Below are positions 14,684 through 28,345 of a stretch of DNA of 64,000 nucleotides, piece after piece. The translations under genes were made by a program, and so were the position numbers. Every line of letters begins with the position of its first letter. Position 1 is the stretch's first letter. Below the pieces are notes generated by a model. The model ran no database searches. It worked only from the letters and a program-made list of their open reading frames with translations, and was not told the DNA's origin. The stretch covers positions 10,788,001 to 10,852,000 of the forward strand of contig CM022666.1 of the NCBI GenBank assembly GCA_012295275.1, read 5' to 3'. This DNA comes from Chrysomallon squamiferum. Taxonomy: Eukaryota; Animalia; Mollusca.

Positions 14684-15775
14684 ATGTCGGAGGACTACGC
14701 ATGCGAGGACTGCTTTTCAAACAGAGTTACGTCCACCTTATCCACCAATCCAAATGGAACCGGAAACGAAAGCTTCAACCCTATGATGGCAGAGTGGCAC
14801 ACAACGTTCAAAGTAGCCACGATTCTGCACACGTACGTTTTACCTGCAGATATTTTCATTGGACTTACGGCCAATTTGATTTCAATTCTTGTATTCACGG
14901 GTAAAAGTCTACGTAATCTCAGTTCCAGCGTCTATGTGATAGCAGTCCTTATAGCCGATAGTGGTTCGTTGGTTTCCATGGTAGCGGTGTGGCTGGAGGT
15001 GTTGCAGTACCCCGTCAACAACAGGCAAGGGATGTGTCAGTTCTTCGTGTACATCACGTACGTCTGCAGTTTCCTGTCCGTCTGGTACATGGTGTGCATC
15101 ACAGTGGAAAACTATATCACCTTCTGTCACCCGACACGAATTCGAACCATGTGTACCCAGAGACGAGCGCGAATTGTCACAGTAGCCTTGGCTGTGGGTG
15201 CCATGTGTTTATACAGCATCTCCCTCTTCATCGTTGACGTCACCACCAACACCGACAAGCCTAATGCACAAGCGACATGCGGACCGAAACAGTCTGTGAG
15301 CATTTTCAACTACATCCTCACCTACATAGATTCCTTCCTCACTCTACTCGTTCCATCGTTCGCGATCCTGCTGATGTTGGTCGCAATCGTGGTATCGATC
15401 GTCCACTCCCTGAGGAAGAAGAAGAAGAGGACGGTGAAAGACTCCACCAGACCGAAAATTAAAACCAACTGTCCACAAGTACGAGTCGCTAAAATGTTAT
15501 TCGCGTTGTCGTCGACGTTTCTCATTCTGAACATGCCAAGTCATATCATACGGCTTTTCTTTCTGTTGCGACCCAAGGATGTGACCCAACAGCAGACGAC
15601 AGTGGTTGAAAGTTTCATGATGTTGGCGTTCTTGTACCTGTCGTATTTTAATTCGTGTATCAAGTTTTTCCTCTTCTTCGTGTTCAGTGCGAATTTCAGG
15701 AAAACTGTTCTCGGAGTCAGTCTGCTGAAACGATGTCAGGTGTACTCCCCCCAGACGTTAGTGTCTAACGTGTAA
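14684..15775 (+). CDS. Intronless orphan class A (rhodopsin-like) GPCR, peptide-receptor-like (FMRFamide/TRH-receptor-like, Srw-type group), 363 aa
   Basis: Seven hydrophobic segments; N-glycosylation sites NGT and NES in the N-terminus; TM1 GxxAN; TM2 SSSVY..A...D; TM3 Cys and ECL2 Cys; FLSVW..V.ITVENY..CHP; TM5 Pro; TM6 NMP; helix 8 NFRK. First ATG is at 14684 (the ORF track starts at GTG 14663); splice acceptor at 14567. Confidence 0.95.
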   Translation: MSEDYACEDCFSNRVTSTLSTNPNGTGNESFNPMMAEWHTTFKVATILHTYVLPADIFIGLTANLISILVFTGKSLRNLSSSVYVIAVLIADSGSLVSMVAVWLEVLQYPVNNRQGMCQFFVYITYVCSFLSVWYMVCITVENYITFCHPTRIRTMCTQRRARIVTVALAVGAMCLYSISLFIVDVTTNTDKPNAQATCGPKQSVSIFNYILTYIDSFLTLLVPSFAILLMLVAIVVSIVHSLRKKKKRTVKDSTRPKIKTNCPQVRVAKMLFALSSTFLILNMPSHIIRLFFLLRPKDVTQQQTTVVESFMMLAFLYLSYFNSCIKFFLFFVFSANFRKTVLGVSLLKRCQVYSPQTLVSNV

Positions 15776-16334
15776 TGTCCCAAGTGACGGCGGTTGTTTT
15801 ATGTGAAAATAATGACTACTGCTAGAAATTCGCAGACAATATGCAAGAGCATTTACAAAGTCATTACAAACCTGACACAGTTTGTGAACGATTTGTCTCG
15901 TGTTTTCTTTAGTAGTGATGTTTTAATGACGACGTAATTTCAGATGAAAAAAAAAAGACAAGATACTCAAGTTGTGCGTAAGGGAGATACGTGTCAATCA
16001 CGTGTTGCCTTTGGCGGAATAGACGTGCTATGAGTTTAGAACTTGTTTCAGAAAACATTAGTAGCAATACAATGATGCCATTTTCATTTTTTTATTTCTT
16101 CTGAAAACTAATTTTTCTTTCTTCTTTTCTTATTTAATTTGTCTTTGTTGATTTTTTTCTCTCTTCTTTCTCTTATTTCTCCTTTCATACGTTTTCTTTT
16201 TCATTCTTCTCCTTCTTCTTATCTTGCTCTGCTGGACTACCGGCTGACAGAGCAGCTGTTACAACTGTAAACCATTACATAAACTACTTTTATTTCTATA
16301 ACATGTAAATGTTAATCTTTTTTGTACCTTTTAT

Positions 16335-16379
<45 letters not shown>

Positions 16380-16617
16380 AAAATTAAACTTTAAAATGTA
16401 ATTAACCTAAATGACATATAAGAAAAGGAATTGTCTTCTTGGAAACTAGAAGTATAAATTTCACTGTACATTTCGTGCTGCAACAGTACACTGTAATGGT
16501 TAAAGTATTTATTTTAGCTCTAGAATTTCAGTGTTGGTTTTCTCTGTTAATTGTGAGACGTGGAATAACTTTGTGTATTACACAGTTTGCGTCAAATCAC
16601 ATTGTATAAATTGAATG

Positions 16618-16660
16618 AATAAACACAGAAGGCATCGTTAAGTGTCGGTTTGTGTTTTAC
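16618..16660 (+). terminator. Candidate polyadenylation signal of the 14684 GPCR
   Basis: AATAAA at 16618-16623 followed about 20 nt later by GT-rich GTGTCGGTTTGTGTTTT. Confidence 0.45.
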
Positions 16661-18899
16661 CCATAATTGGCATGTAAATCACATGAGTATAGATCTGTCT
16701 CATTTTCACTTTAACTGTAACCAATTAAAAGAAGTAAAGTTAATAAGTTAACACCAGTCAACGTGTACAAAATATTCCATTACTGAACTGTTTTAGTGTT
16801 ATGCACATAAAATGAATGTGGAATATTTACTCTCGATAATAATGTAGATTACATTTTTCCCTCGATAAACGTTTATATCAAAGCATTTTTTTTTTATATA
16901 CTGACAATTGCTTGTTTGTGTATCTTATGTTTCACATCTGGATCTACTTTATGTTTGTTCCAGGGAAAATATTACTGAAATTACTTATATCTAACTGTAA
17001 CTGGGAAGGTATTGCTTATATCTCAGGATAATGGTAGAGGTATTATTGATATATAACTGCAGATGTGTTAGTTATTTAATTAATTAATTGTTTACGTTCT
17101 TACTTACCCTGTATCTTTTACAACATTATCGCCCACGCTGTTTGGTGTGTCAGAGATAACTTTTTTATTTTTGTTAGACACGCACGGGCAGACAGATACA
17201 CATTCGAGTTAATTATAATTCTTTTTCTTCATTAGTCTAACTAATATTAATTATAAATGTTTAGTCTTGGTTTCTCGCGCTCATGTTAGTAATATTAAAC
17301 TGGAATAACGAAAATTCACACTAATCTTTTTGTCTGCATCTTGTTTTTCTCTAATTACAAGTTCGAAGTTCAGTTAATTAGTTGTGTGTAGGTGTGTGTG
17401 AGCATGAACGTGACTTCTCAAACTAAATATAAAATTTAATGATGATGATGATAATAATAATAATAATAAGTATAAAAATGCACGTCCAGTCTGAAAGAAG
17501 AAAGTAAAAAGAAAAGAATTTGACACGTCCATTGCTTACACACATTTTAATATATATACATATATATACACACACACATGCATTTATACTCTTTCCTATT
17601 TTGTCACCACTACAAAAATGTATCGTATCGTTTTATAGGGATATGAATCATTAAACACATTAGCCATAACTTGTAACATTATTTTTACTGATTGTAAGAT
17701 ATATTTTAAAAACCCAAGTGACCAAACTTACAAAACCTGTATCCCTGTATAGCAGATTTTTTAATACTCTCTATATATTAAGCAGCTTCAAAACGGGTTT
17801 TGTAATCTTGACCAGATCACTTTACCGTGTGGATTTTTCACTCTTACGCTTATGTATATGTACTTATCAGATACATTCTTCTTAGCATCTAATGCTGCAG
17901 AGTGGATTGGGAAATTGATCTCAGTAATGCAGTTCTGAAGTCACACATCTATGGTAGCACGATCACTTCTACACTGTAATTCCTCAGTAGTGCTTTGTAC
18001 CATTCAGTTGATATTAGTAGGATTAAATTTTAGTTTTCGCCTTGCTACGAGATATTTCGAACTACTTTCAACCCTCCAGATAAACCAGTATTAGATGCAT
18101 GCTGTATACAACACTTACTTTAACACTAGACAACTTACTGTTACAATGTGGAAAAATGCATTGTGTCCTAACGTCAACTAAGTTCACATTTGCACGTAAA
18201 ATTAACATAGGTGCACATGCACAAGAAGACATTTTACGATGGCGTAAACATATAGCTTAAATTTACAGTTGTTTCAGACTTATATTCTTTATCATAGCTT
18301 CACGACGTTATGATAGTTCCAATATACATAATTTACCAAAATACTGTTTTACGAAGGCACCAAATTATGCAGCCTTAACAAACAGCTTCGTGTTTAATCT
18401 AAACAGATCTTATTTATTTCTAAAAGAAAAATTATGCAGTGGGAATTTCTATAATAAATCATATTGTACTAATCAGTGCTTCTTCACTTATTGCACGTGC
18501 TTAAATGACTCTACCACGTGACTGCGTTCTCCCGAGTGACCATCGTTGCCCGTGCACTGCCTGTGAACCCGCCACCGCCGACAAAACCCACTGATTGGAT
18601 TTATCTGACGTCTGGTTGATGTGTCATTTACAATGAAATTTCCCTGAATCAAATCTCTTGTGATTATGGAGAAGAGAAACGAATCGATTGCAATATTCCG
18701 ATGAAATATTCAGTTTGTTGTAGCACCAAAAATCTAATAATCTGTCATTGAGATTTATAGATGAAAAACAGGTGCCGGTGATTTTCATGTAAATGTATTA
18801 TTTGTTTTTGTTTTCGAGAGCGAAGATGATGGAGTTACTAGAATATTTCTTGTAGCAAAACATCAAAACGCTCGATTACAAAAACCAGTCATTGATAAT

Positions 18900-19390
18900 A
18901 TTGTTCTTTAGTGTCATTATGAAAATAAATTTGTACCTAAGCTCTTTACAGAAAACGAAGTTATACCTTAGAGTGGCTAAAGAAAAGAAAACTGCTGATG
19001 AAATTATACATCACGAGCTTAAAGGAAATAAAATTGCTAATAAGATCATATATTAATGTTTTTAAAGATAATTAAATTATATATTAGTGTCTTTAATGAA
19101 AATAAAGTTTTATCTTAGTGTTTTTACAGAATATATAGTTATATGTTAATATCTTTAATATAAATAATGTTATATGTTAATATCTTTAATATAAATAATG
19201 TTATATTTTAATGTCTTTGATATTATTAATCTTATATGTTAGTGTCTTTAATATGGGTAAAGTTAAATGCTAATATCTTTTATATAAATGATGTTATATG
19301 ATAGGTGTGTTTAATATAATATTAAAGTTTTATGTTTCTGCTTTAATTTAAATAAAGTTATATGTTAATGTCTTCAGAAAATAAAGATGC
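18900..19390. repeat. Degenerate ~31-bp AT-rich minisatellite (GTTATATGTTAATATCTTTAATATAAATAAT)
   Basis: Near-exact copies at about 19138-19200, with decaying copies on both sides. Confidence 0.8.
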
Positions 19391-20021
19391 AAAAATTTGC
19401 TGTTATATTGATATAAAATAAAATAAGTACGTAAGTAAATAAATAAATAATGCATTTAATAAAGATCTGCATTAAAATGAGATCTACTAAAAATACTAAA
19501 AACAGTCGATGACACTTTTCCGCATTAAGTCACTTATAAAGTTTTGAACAACTGTAAAAAATTACAAAGTTAAAATTATACATCATTATCTTTATCGGTT
19601 TAGCAAGAATAAGTCTGATCAAGAAACTCGCGTTATTTTTTTCCTCCAATTCTGACACATTCTTCAGTATTATTCAAATATAAAATATGTCAGTTTATTA
19701 AATAATAATAATAATAGAAAAAAAAGAGCAAAAAGCAAAAACAACAAAAACAGCAATATATAAACAAACTTCCATTCATTCATTTCAGAGAGAACGAAAG
19801 AAAATATACTGTACACATAAATGTCCTGTATCTATTATTGAATGGTCTAGGAAACGTCTTCTTTTACTTAGTGACGTCAAACAAGTTACCTGAAGTAACC
19901 TCATTTGTCTTTTACGTCCAAGAGAAGCAATGTCACTAATGTCTGCTAATTGGACATAAAAACGCAGCTAGAGCTAAAGGGTCGTCAGAAATAAACTGTC
20001 TGTAATATTGTTGTGTTGCTG

Positions 20022-20079
<58 letters not shown>

Positions 20080-22550
20080 GAGAAAGACAAACGAGCAGAC
20101 AGATAAAAAGAAAAGTGAAGATTACAGAAAGAAACATAATTTTACGCTAATAACATTGAATGAAAGAAAAAAAAAAAAAAAAAATGAAGGCAGAAACATG
20201 AAGAAGATGAAATAGATAAATAAATAAATAAATAAAATTTAAATCAGCTGACACATGTTGGTTCTTGTACATTGACAGATTCCAACTTCGTCAAATAGTG
20301 AAAAACTATTACGTAAAGAAAAAAAAAAAAAAAAAAAAAGAGAAGTTTTATTACTTCTGTTATTTTAAAACATGGCTCTGACATACTTTTAAGGCAACAA
20401 ACTAGACGACCAAAATAAGTCTCTCAAATAATACACAGCAAACTGTCTTTGACTTTTCATTTCATTAATTTATGATTAATTTAAAAATTGTGGAAGCTTC
20501 AAATATTTTCTGAAAGTAGGTAGCAAAGACTTTTTTTTAAAGTAATGTGTTCAAACTATGCAACGTCCATCACAATAATTAACTAACTAACTAAATAAAT
20601 AATTAAGTGAATAAATTAATTAATTAAAAATTATATTAAAAATATGTGATTAGTATTTGAGAGGGGAAAGAAGACTGTAACTAATGTCCGTCACAGGAAA
20701 AAGTGGCAGCTGTAGGAAAAGTCTTCACTGCCGTCGTACAGCATCTTCAGAGTTAGTTTCACTCATTACCATCAGATGACAAATACAGAATAATGGTATT
20801 TTACCCACGATTCTTCAGTACGTCCTCTTTGCTCATTTCCTGATATTTTCAAGAAAAAACAGTTCTAGTTCATGAGGCATCATGCTCAAAAATAAAGATA
20901 TGTATTCAGTTTTGTTGCTGATACAAGAAAAAGATAGTAATCACTGATTTTATTTCAAACTGTCAGTGAGTGAAAAACACAAAACACACTTCCCCGTTGC
21001 TGATCCCGCGCTATGCCCCTGCCTAAGACAGACGGGCGGGTACTTGTCTTTGTACTGCTATTTGTACTGATATTTGTATTGCTATTTGTACTTGTTCACA
21101 GTATTAGTGAATTCAGTACACCACCCAGGGCCGGTCTAATGTGTTAATGACTCGCATTTTTGAGAACCCACACTCTTTTGCTGTTTACTTGATAGCTGTC
21201 TGGCAACGTTACTGTGCACACTTTAAATGACATTCATCTTTAACTATTCAAAATTTTCAGGAAACATTACATCGAGGTCTTAACGACCTACTCAAATATC
21301 TCGTTCGAATCATTTCTAATATTTTTCTGGGTTCATTACTATACCGCAGCTTGGGGCTGAGCTGTCGCAGAGTTCACAGCCCCTGGTCAGCGCGTCAGTG
21401 AGAAAACAGGAGAAAACAGACACAGTCCATCTTTAAACTAGAGTGCCGTTCATGACGTCCATTCCGCTCTGTTTCGACTTGTCACAATAAAATAGTAACA
21501 GGAACTGACTAAATACCGAGCACTTCTCAGAATCACTAGACAAGTGAATCATTTATGTTTTAATATTTATGTTGTTGTGGCCATTAAACTTTAGAAGATA
21601 CAAGCATTTAGTAAAATGATTCTCCTTGGATTGGTGTTTATTCAGCATTGTTGTCCTCGTGATAATTTTTTTTGTTTTTGTTTTTTGTTTTCTGTTTCTA
21701 CTTTTTAAAATCAGTTTCAGTACATCACAAACAAATTAGTTCACGATATAATTATATTTATATTTATATATTTATTTATTTTTAATTTTTTAACATCTTG
21801 CAGTTTAACCCGGCCTCTCACCACCGACTCGCTGAGTCGTCCACACCGGCGGAACGCGACTGTGTGCACTGCACGGTTATTTCTGTGTCCACCCAATATT
21901 TTAAACATTTAAAAACAGTAAAGTTTCTATCTCATCATTTCATTTATAAAATAACAGCTGTAAAGGCAAGCTTTTAAATGATGTGATTAAATGATAATCT
22001 TTCAGATAAAAAACAACAAAACAAAAAACGACCACTTTGGCCTGCGTATGTTCCTTCCTCCTAAGGATCGTCTTAATCAAACGCTTTTATGTCAAGGACA
22101 AATGTTGGAAAATGCACGATTTTTACCTTGAGAAGGTCATACTTAACCCTCATCAGAGACATGTTCTATAGTTTCTAACTCTTTTATTAATCTGGGATAG
22201 AAGTAGAAGCAGCGGGTTTCCCCGGTCAGTTCAAGTAGCAAGTCGAATGGTATAATATCTGCCTCATTTCTTGATCACAGTTATTTATTTTCTCATATTA
22301 ACGAATTGTCTCTTAATTTATTTTCAGTACAACTACACTGGTAAGGGAGGGTATTTAAAAAAGTAGGTTTCATGCTCAGTTCAGCTCTAAAGTTTTAAAA
22401 ATATGTTCCAGTTCCTATTCCCGAAAGAAAGCTACTTTCATTTAACGCAGACTTTGTCCTTTTTCATCTACCTGTGTTGTTCAGATAATTAGATTTCATC
22501 TCCATTATGTTTATCATTCAAGTAGTCGAGTCAAATTATAGTTAAAGCGA

Positions 22551-22861
22551 TTTACATTTTAATAGAGTCTGCCAGTTCAGCTATCTTCATTTTACAAATG
22601 TCTTCATGAAACGATATATTTCTCACGGAGAGATCTAGAGATGCCAAGCGGACAGAAACAAGTTTAGGACGAGTGGCATATGTGGAACTGTCAGTGATCA
22701 TGTGACTTCAGGGAACAGAAATGGAGACTTCAATCTAGAAAATGTTCGTATACATTTATTACTGAGAATATTTAATAAATTTCGTTTTAGAAACGAAGGG
22801 AAATATTTCTTTTTTCTTGCTGTCTTTGAATTTATTTTTATTTATTTATTTATTATTATAA

Positions 22862-22953
<92 letters not shown>
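22551..22953 (+). repeat. Dispersed ~310-bp repeat, copy B, with (CT)n tail
   Basis: Near-identical to 3179-3494 in the same orientation. Confidence 0.9.
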
Positions 22954-22955
<2 letters not shown>

Positions 22956-24568
22956 GTTTCTTCTTTCTCTCTCTCATTGTACACTTTGTAGCGGAATTGT
23001 GAAATAGGAAGTTAAAACTCCCTTATATGTCATGTTGTCCGCAGAAAGAAAAAATAAAAAAATAAAAAATGTTTAACAGTTTTAAGTTTAACAGTTTGTC
23101 CTAACGGTTATAACTGCAGGTGGGGCAATTTGTTTTCTTCATACTCGCACCGAGAGCTCGACGGTTATAATCAAAGTGCAATGAACCGCAGATTTCTGTT
23201 TCCTTCGCGAATTTGTCCTAATGTTCTTGCTTTATCTTTTATCCTGTCTCCCTCTTTCGGTTTCTTCAATCTCTCTCTGTCATTCAGTCTTTCTCACTTT
23301 TTACTCTCTAAGTTTATCTCTTCCTCGCTCTCTTTTTTTGCTCTCATTCTCTCACTATATCCTCTGTATTTAAAGAGAAAGAAAGAAAGAGATTGGTGAT
23401 ATATGAAGAATGAATGAACAAATAAACAAGCAAATAAATTAATGAGACCTCAAGAAATTTTATTGTAGATAATTATTTGGTGAACATTTATTTTTTACAA
23501 TTACTTTTTAAACTTTTTCCTCTATTTATTTATCTGTCTCTCTGATGGTCTGTCTGTCTGTCTATCTATTCACCTATCTCTATGTTTATATCGATCTGTT
23601 TATCTATATAGATATCTGTATATGTTTATCAGTATTTATGTCTGTCTATGTGTAATCTGTGTATTAATCTGCTTACGTCTCTCAATGAACAGTCTCCGAA
23701 TTTTTAAATTAAATTTTAAGAGAATAAATTCAAATGAAAGTTAATATGGATGAGAAGTGTACGCCATTTTTACTAAAAATCTTTATTCAGGAACCGTTTC
23801 TGCATGCGACTACAGCAACTTTAACCTGACTTTAATTAATATCATGATTACTTGTTTCAATCAAGTCGAGTAAAACAAGAACATTCAATCTCCTGTCTAC
23901 AAAAATAAATCTGAATCGCCAAAATTATTAATGGTTCAGAAGCAGCGATTGTGATTGCTGACAGACTTCAGTTCACGTAAACAAGTAAAGTCAGCGGCTG
24001 CAGTCAGGTACTGTATGAGAGCCACATGCACTTCGATCTCTGTGACAAAACATTTAGAGAAAAACAAAAATAATAAAAAGATTCATAAACATGCCTACAG
24101 TAATAGCCTACGTCAGCAACTCAACAACACCGTGTCAACATGACATGAGTGCCTTTAAAGGTAATACTACTTTTTTGAAACACAATGAAGAAACGTAAAA
24201 AAAGAAAAAAGTAAAAAGAAACTGAATAATATCAGTGTTTGAAGTAAAAAAAAAAAAAAGACTATTACATGTTTCGTGTTTTGCTGTGGGCTTTTTCTTG
24301 AAGAGTTTTGCTTCGAAACTGTGTTTGAATTCAGTGTGTATTTTATTTACTTATTAATATTTGTATTTTGCTTGTTTGTTAATGCTAGCTCGTTTATTTA
24401 TTTAAGTAAATTTTACTCTCGGTATATTTTAGTATATTTTATAAAAATATTATTAACAATTACTGTACTTTCTTTCTATCCATTTTCCTATGAATCGTCA
24501 TATTATCCTTCCGTTTATTTATTTATTCCTAGGATTATCTTACTTCAAGGATTCTCTCTAAGTGTGTG

Positions 24569-25365
24569 TTAAACAAGATGGATTCCGTCTCTGAATCATT
24601 ATCATACTTACAGAATGTCAGACATACCCGTGCATTTGCAAAACAAAAAAGAATAACTTGTATTTTATTTTTGTTTATTTCTTATATTTCTTTTTTTTTT
24701 TATTTATTAATTTTCTCTTTTTCATTTTTATTAATTAATTAATTATTTTTTTGCAATATCAAGCTTGTATGGATATGTCTGGGTTTGATCCCACGGCCGT
24801 TCCCGTCATTGTCTTAGCGATCCTAATTGTATATCCATAGATATATTTACATGTAAGGTCTCAAGAAAAGAAAAAACAAAAGAAACAAAAAGAAGAAAAA
24901 AAGAAAAAAAAGAAGAAGAAATAACATCATATAAACAAAACTATCAACAATTCTTTAAAAAAAAACATGTAATAGTTAATTAAACTATAGCTAGTGAATG
25001 AGTGAGTGGGTGACTTTATAGGTGGTTTCACTGAACTTAACTTTATAGTTTCGTCTACAGGTGGTTTCACTGAACTTAACTTTATTGTTTCGTCTACAGG
25101 TGGTTTCACTGAACTTAACTTTATTGTTTCGTCTACAGGTGGTTTCACTGAACTTAACTTTATTGTTTCGTCTACAGATGGTTTCTACAGAACGTAACTT
25201 TTGCCATTTGAAGTAACCAATGAAACTGCCATTAAGTAATTAAAAGATCCTTCTATTTTACTTCTACTTCTCAACCCCCCCCCAAAAAAATATATTAATA
25301 ATTTAAAAATAAGAATACACTAAATAAATAAAAAAAAAATAAAGAAAACATTAATGAAATAAAAT

Positions 25366-25401
<36 letters not shown>

Positions 25402-25853
25402 GAAAGAAAGAAAGAAAGAAAAGAAAGAAAGAAAGAGAAAATAATATAAAGAAAGAAAATAAGAACAAACTCAAAAACAAATAAATACAAAATAAATAAA
25501 TAAATAAATAAATAAACAAATAAATAAATAACAAATAAAATAAAATCATTTAAAAAATAATTAAATTACTTATATATATCTAAAGACTTTAGCAGTATCT
25601 CAGCTATCTCTCTAAGGTCAGAGGTACTCACAAGCTTAATTAGCTTCGTAAATTAAGGAATGAATAATTTATACCTCACATGATTTTCATATTAAATATG
25701 CTTAAAACACCTGACGTTATTATGATTTTAATTTTATGTTTTATTATTTATGTGCCGAGATAGTTTTGCAAATGCACGGGTATGTCTGATATTCTGTATG
25801 TATGTATGTATGGTATTAATTCAGAACGTTGAGACGCAGTCCATCTTGTTTAA
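24569..25853. mobile_element. Non-autonomous foldback/MITE-like element with ~76-90-bp terminal inverted repeats bounded by TTAA
   Basis: Left arm TTAAACAAGATGGATTCCGTCTC..CAGAATGTCAGACATACCCGTGCATTTGCAAAAC (24569-24644) is the imperfect reverse complement of right arm 25763-25853; no transposase ORF inside. Confidence 0.7.
25021..25201. repeat. 39-bp minisatellite, 4 full copies plus 1 degenerate partial copy
   Basis: GGTGGTTTCACTGAACTTAACTTTATTGTTTCGTCTACA at 25021, 25060, 25099, 25138 and (degenerate) 25177. Confidence 0.95.
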
Positions 25854-27599
25854 TACGATGTATAGAAGAACCGTCATTTGTTCTTCAGAAATCATTGTTA
25901 ATTTTGAAATATTAAAATAACAAAAATAAAGGAAAATACATTTTTTTTTCTCCAGAAAGTCAGTATCGCTACATGATTATCTAAACAATAGGAATGAAGA
26001 AAGGAAAACAAACTAAAATTCATAAAACAAAACATTTAACTATTTATGATACAGAGAGAAAGGAGCGGTATGTGGGGAATGTGAAAACAAATTCATAATC
26101 GGAGTTACGATTACACAAATCGATATACAAACTACTTAATGTAAAACTGCTTTACAAGGTTTAAATTATGTACGATTGAATTCAGTCAAAGAAAATAAGG
26201 TTTGAGGTTAACTCTTCGAAAGTATTAATGAATTAATTAATTTATAAACATTATTTGTTTGATGTTGGCATGTTTAAAACGTCAGTCAGTGTCAAAGTTT
26301 ATATTGTCCTTACAACAGAGTGTAAAGAAAATTCGTGGTGACGAAAACCGCTTCTTTCTGAAGCTTTGTTTCATTTGATATATTTCTTTTGCATTTACTA
26401 ACTGAAGATATTTGATTAAACTACTAATTAAAATATATAAGTAATCTTGAGATTATCTAGTTTCTAAAAAAATAACGACAGATATTCAATAAATATAAGC
26501 TGCCTTTAGCTGCCGATATATGCAAATAATTCAAGTTCTCTTTGACCTTTTTACAGAAAAATGCGCGATGACGAACTTTTAACGGCAGTTTTTGAACTTG
26601 ATTAACGTTAATTAGCGGCCAAGATATGACGAGTTCTGCGTGGTAAACTTTCACAGCTTTTAAATCTGGCCCACCAAGTGGCTTCTTTTTTATTTTTAAT
26701 TCTGCGGTTTTCACCGATGTCCGCAGGAATCTAATACATGGGCCGAGGTAACAAAATTGACGAACAATACAACTCCTGGAACATCAATTAGCGGAAAAAC
26801 AACAAAACACTTCGATCTGCTCCATGTCAGGCCTGATGAGAATCCCTGTTTTTCAACGACTCAGCTCTTTTCTACGACATCACAGCGCTTTTGAGTGATG
26901 AACACGAATGTCATGGGAGAAAATTTGAAACTATAGCCTAGCTTTTTTATCGTAGGGCAGCGGGACTTATTAACATATTGTTCTCATTCATTTTTTGATA
27001 CCATCATTAGCTAGTTTAATATATAAATCTAAAAATATATAACTATAAAACTTAAACTTATATGAACGTAATTACTTGATTCTCCCGTTAGGATTGAACT
27101 GATTCTGTATTTTAATTCAGGTTTCCACCAAACCGTAAATATTTAGTTTATGTTTTTGTATATTATTGCAAAATATATTTTAAATAATAAATAACTCAAA
27201 CAGCATTTTTGTTGATGTGTGTTATTTATCTAGTGGATATATTTTACTGTCATAGTTTATATTTACTGTCACAGTGTTCTAAATGTCTATATCATCAAGA
27301 CGTGGTTACGACCAACTGAAGTCATGATAGCTCACCTTACGTCTAACATGTCTACTAGCAACTATTAGCTATACATTTACAAGGCAGTTCATTACTTCAT
27401 ACTGATGACTGTAATAACCACTAACAAAGGCAGTGCAACATCACTGCCCAGGGAAAAGAACCCTATTTTAATAGTCTTGATATTTTAATATAGTAACAAG
27501 AACCCCTACCCAGCGAATAAACTCCACCCATTTTCATCCTTTTACAAACGTAAAGAATTAAGGTACATAAAAGAAATTCATAAAAGTAATATTATGTAT

Positions 27600-27690
27600 G
27601 CATATATACATATATATATACATACATACATACATACATACATACATACATACATACATACATACATACATACATACATACATACATACA

Positions 27691-27721
<31 letters not shown>

Positions 27722-27785
27722 GTATGTATGTTTTGTGTGTGTGTGTGTGTATGTGTGTGTGTGTGTGTATATAAATACACACACC
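27600..27785. repeat. (TACA)n plus (TG)n microsatellite
   Basis: Directly visible. Confidence 0.95.
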
Positions 27786-28345
27786 AAACTGATTACTGTC
27801 TTAAAGTTTATGCTTTATGCGACGAAGGATAAATCGCACATGGACAGTGTAACGCTGGTCTCTGAAGACAGTAAACTGTTTAGTGTTGTTTACATCGTAA
27901 ATGATACAAAACCTCTTTTATTTCTCAACTCAGCGCTTTTGTTTCGTTATTGCCTAAAACAGGTTTACATCAAAACAAAATATTCTTAAATAACAACAGT
28001 TTAGTGTTAGTTTTTAGATGAAAACAATTTTCAAAAATGGCAAAACAGCAGTTAACGACTAAAGAAGTAACTCTAAAATAAGTATAGTGTCGTCCCAAAA
28101 AGCTAAATAAAAATATATCTAGTCATCTTATCTTACCATTGTTTTAGTGATTGCAGGACACACAAACATTATTATACATATGTGAGTATTAACATACCAA
28201 ATCAAAATATAAAGTTACATAAATAAATAAAAGCATAGATATAAATGTATAACATGACAGATATACACCCGCTCTCAAAAAATTACACATTACATATGCA
28301 ACTATAAAAAAACAACAAAAAAACATTCAGCGGTTACACATACAA

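Noticed and set aside
14695-15534. Short overlapping ORFs within GPCR coding regions (also 53011, 53365, 58979 and 63284)
   Set aside because: Shadow frames of real coding sequence.
20697-20752. Possible micro-exon (CACAG|GAAAAAGTGGCA...AGA|GTTAGT)
   Set aside because: No partner exons or recognisable homology; such signals arise by chance.
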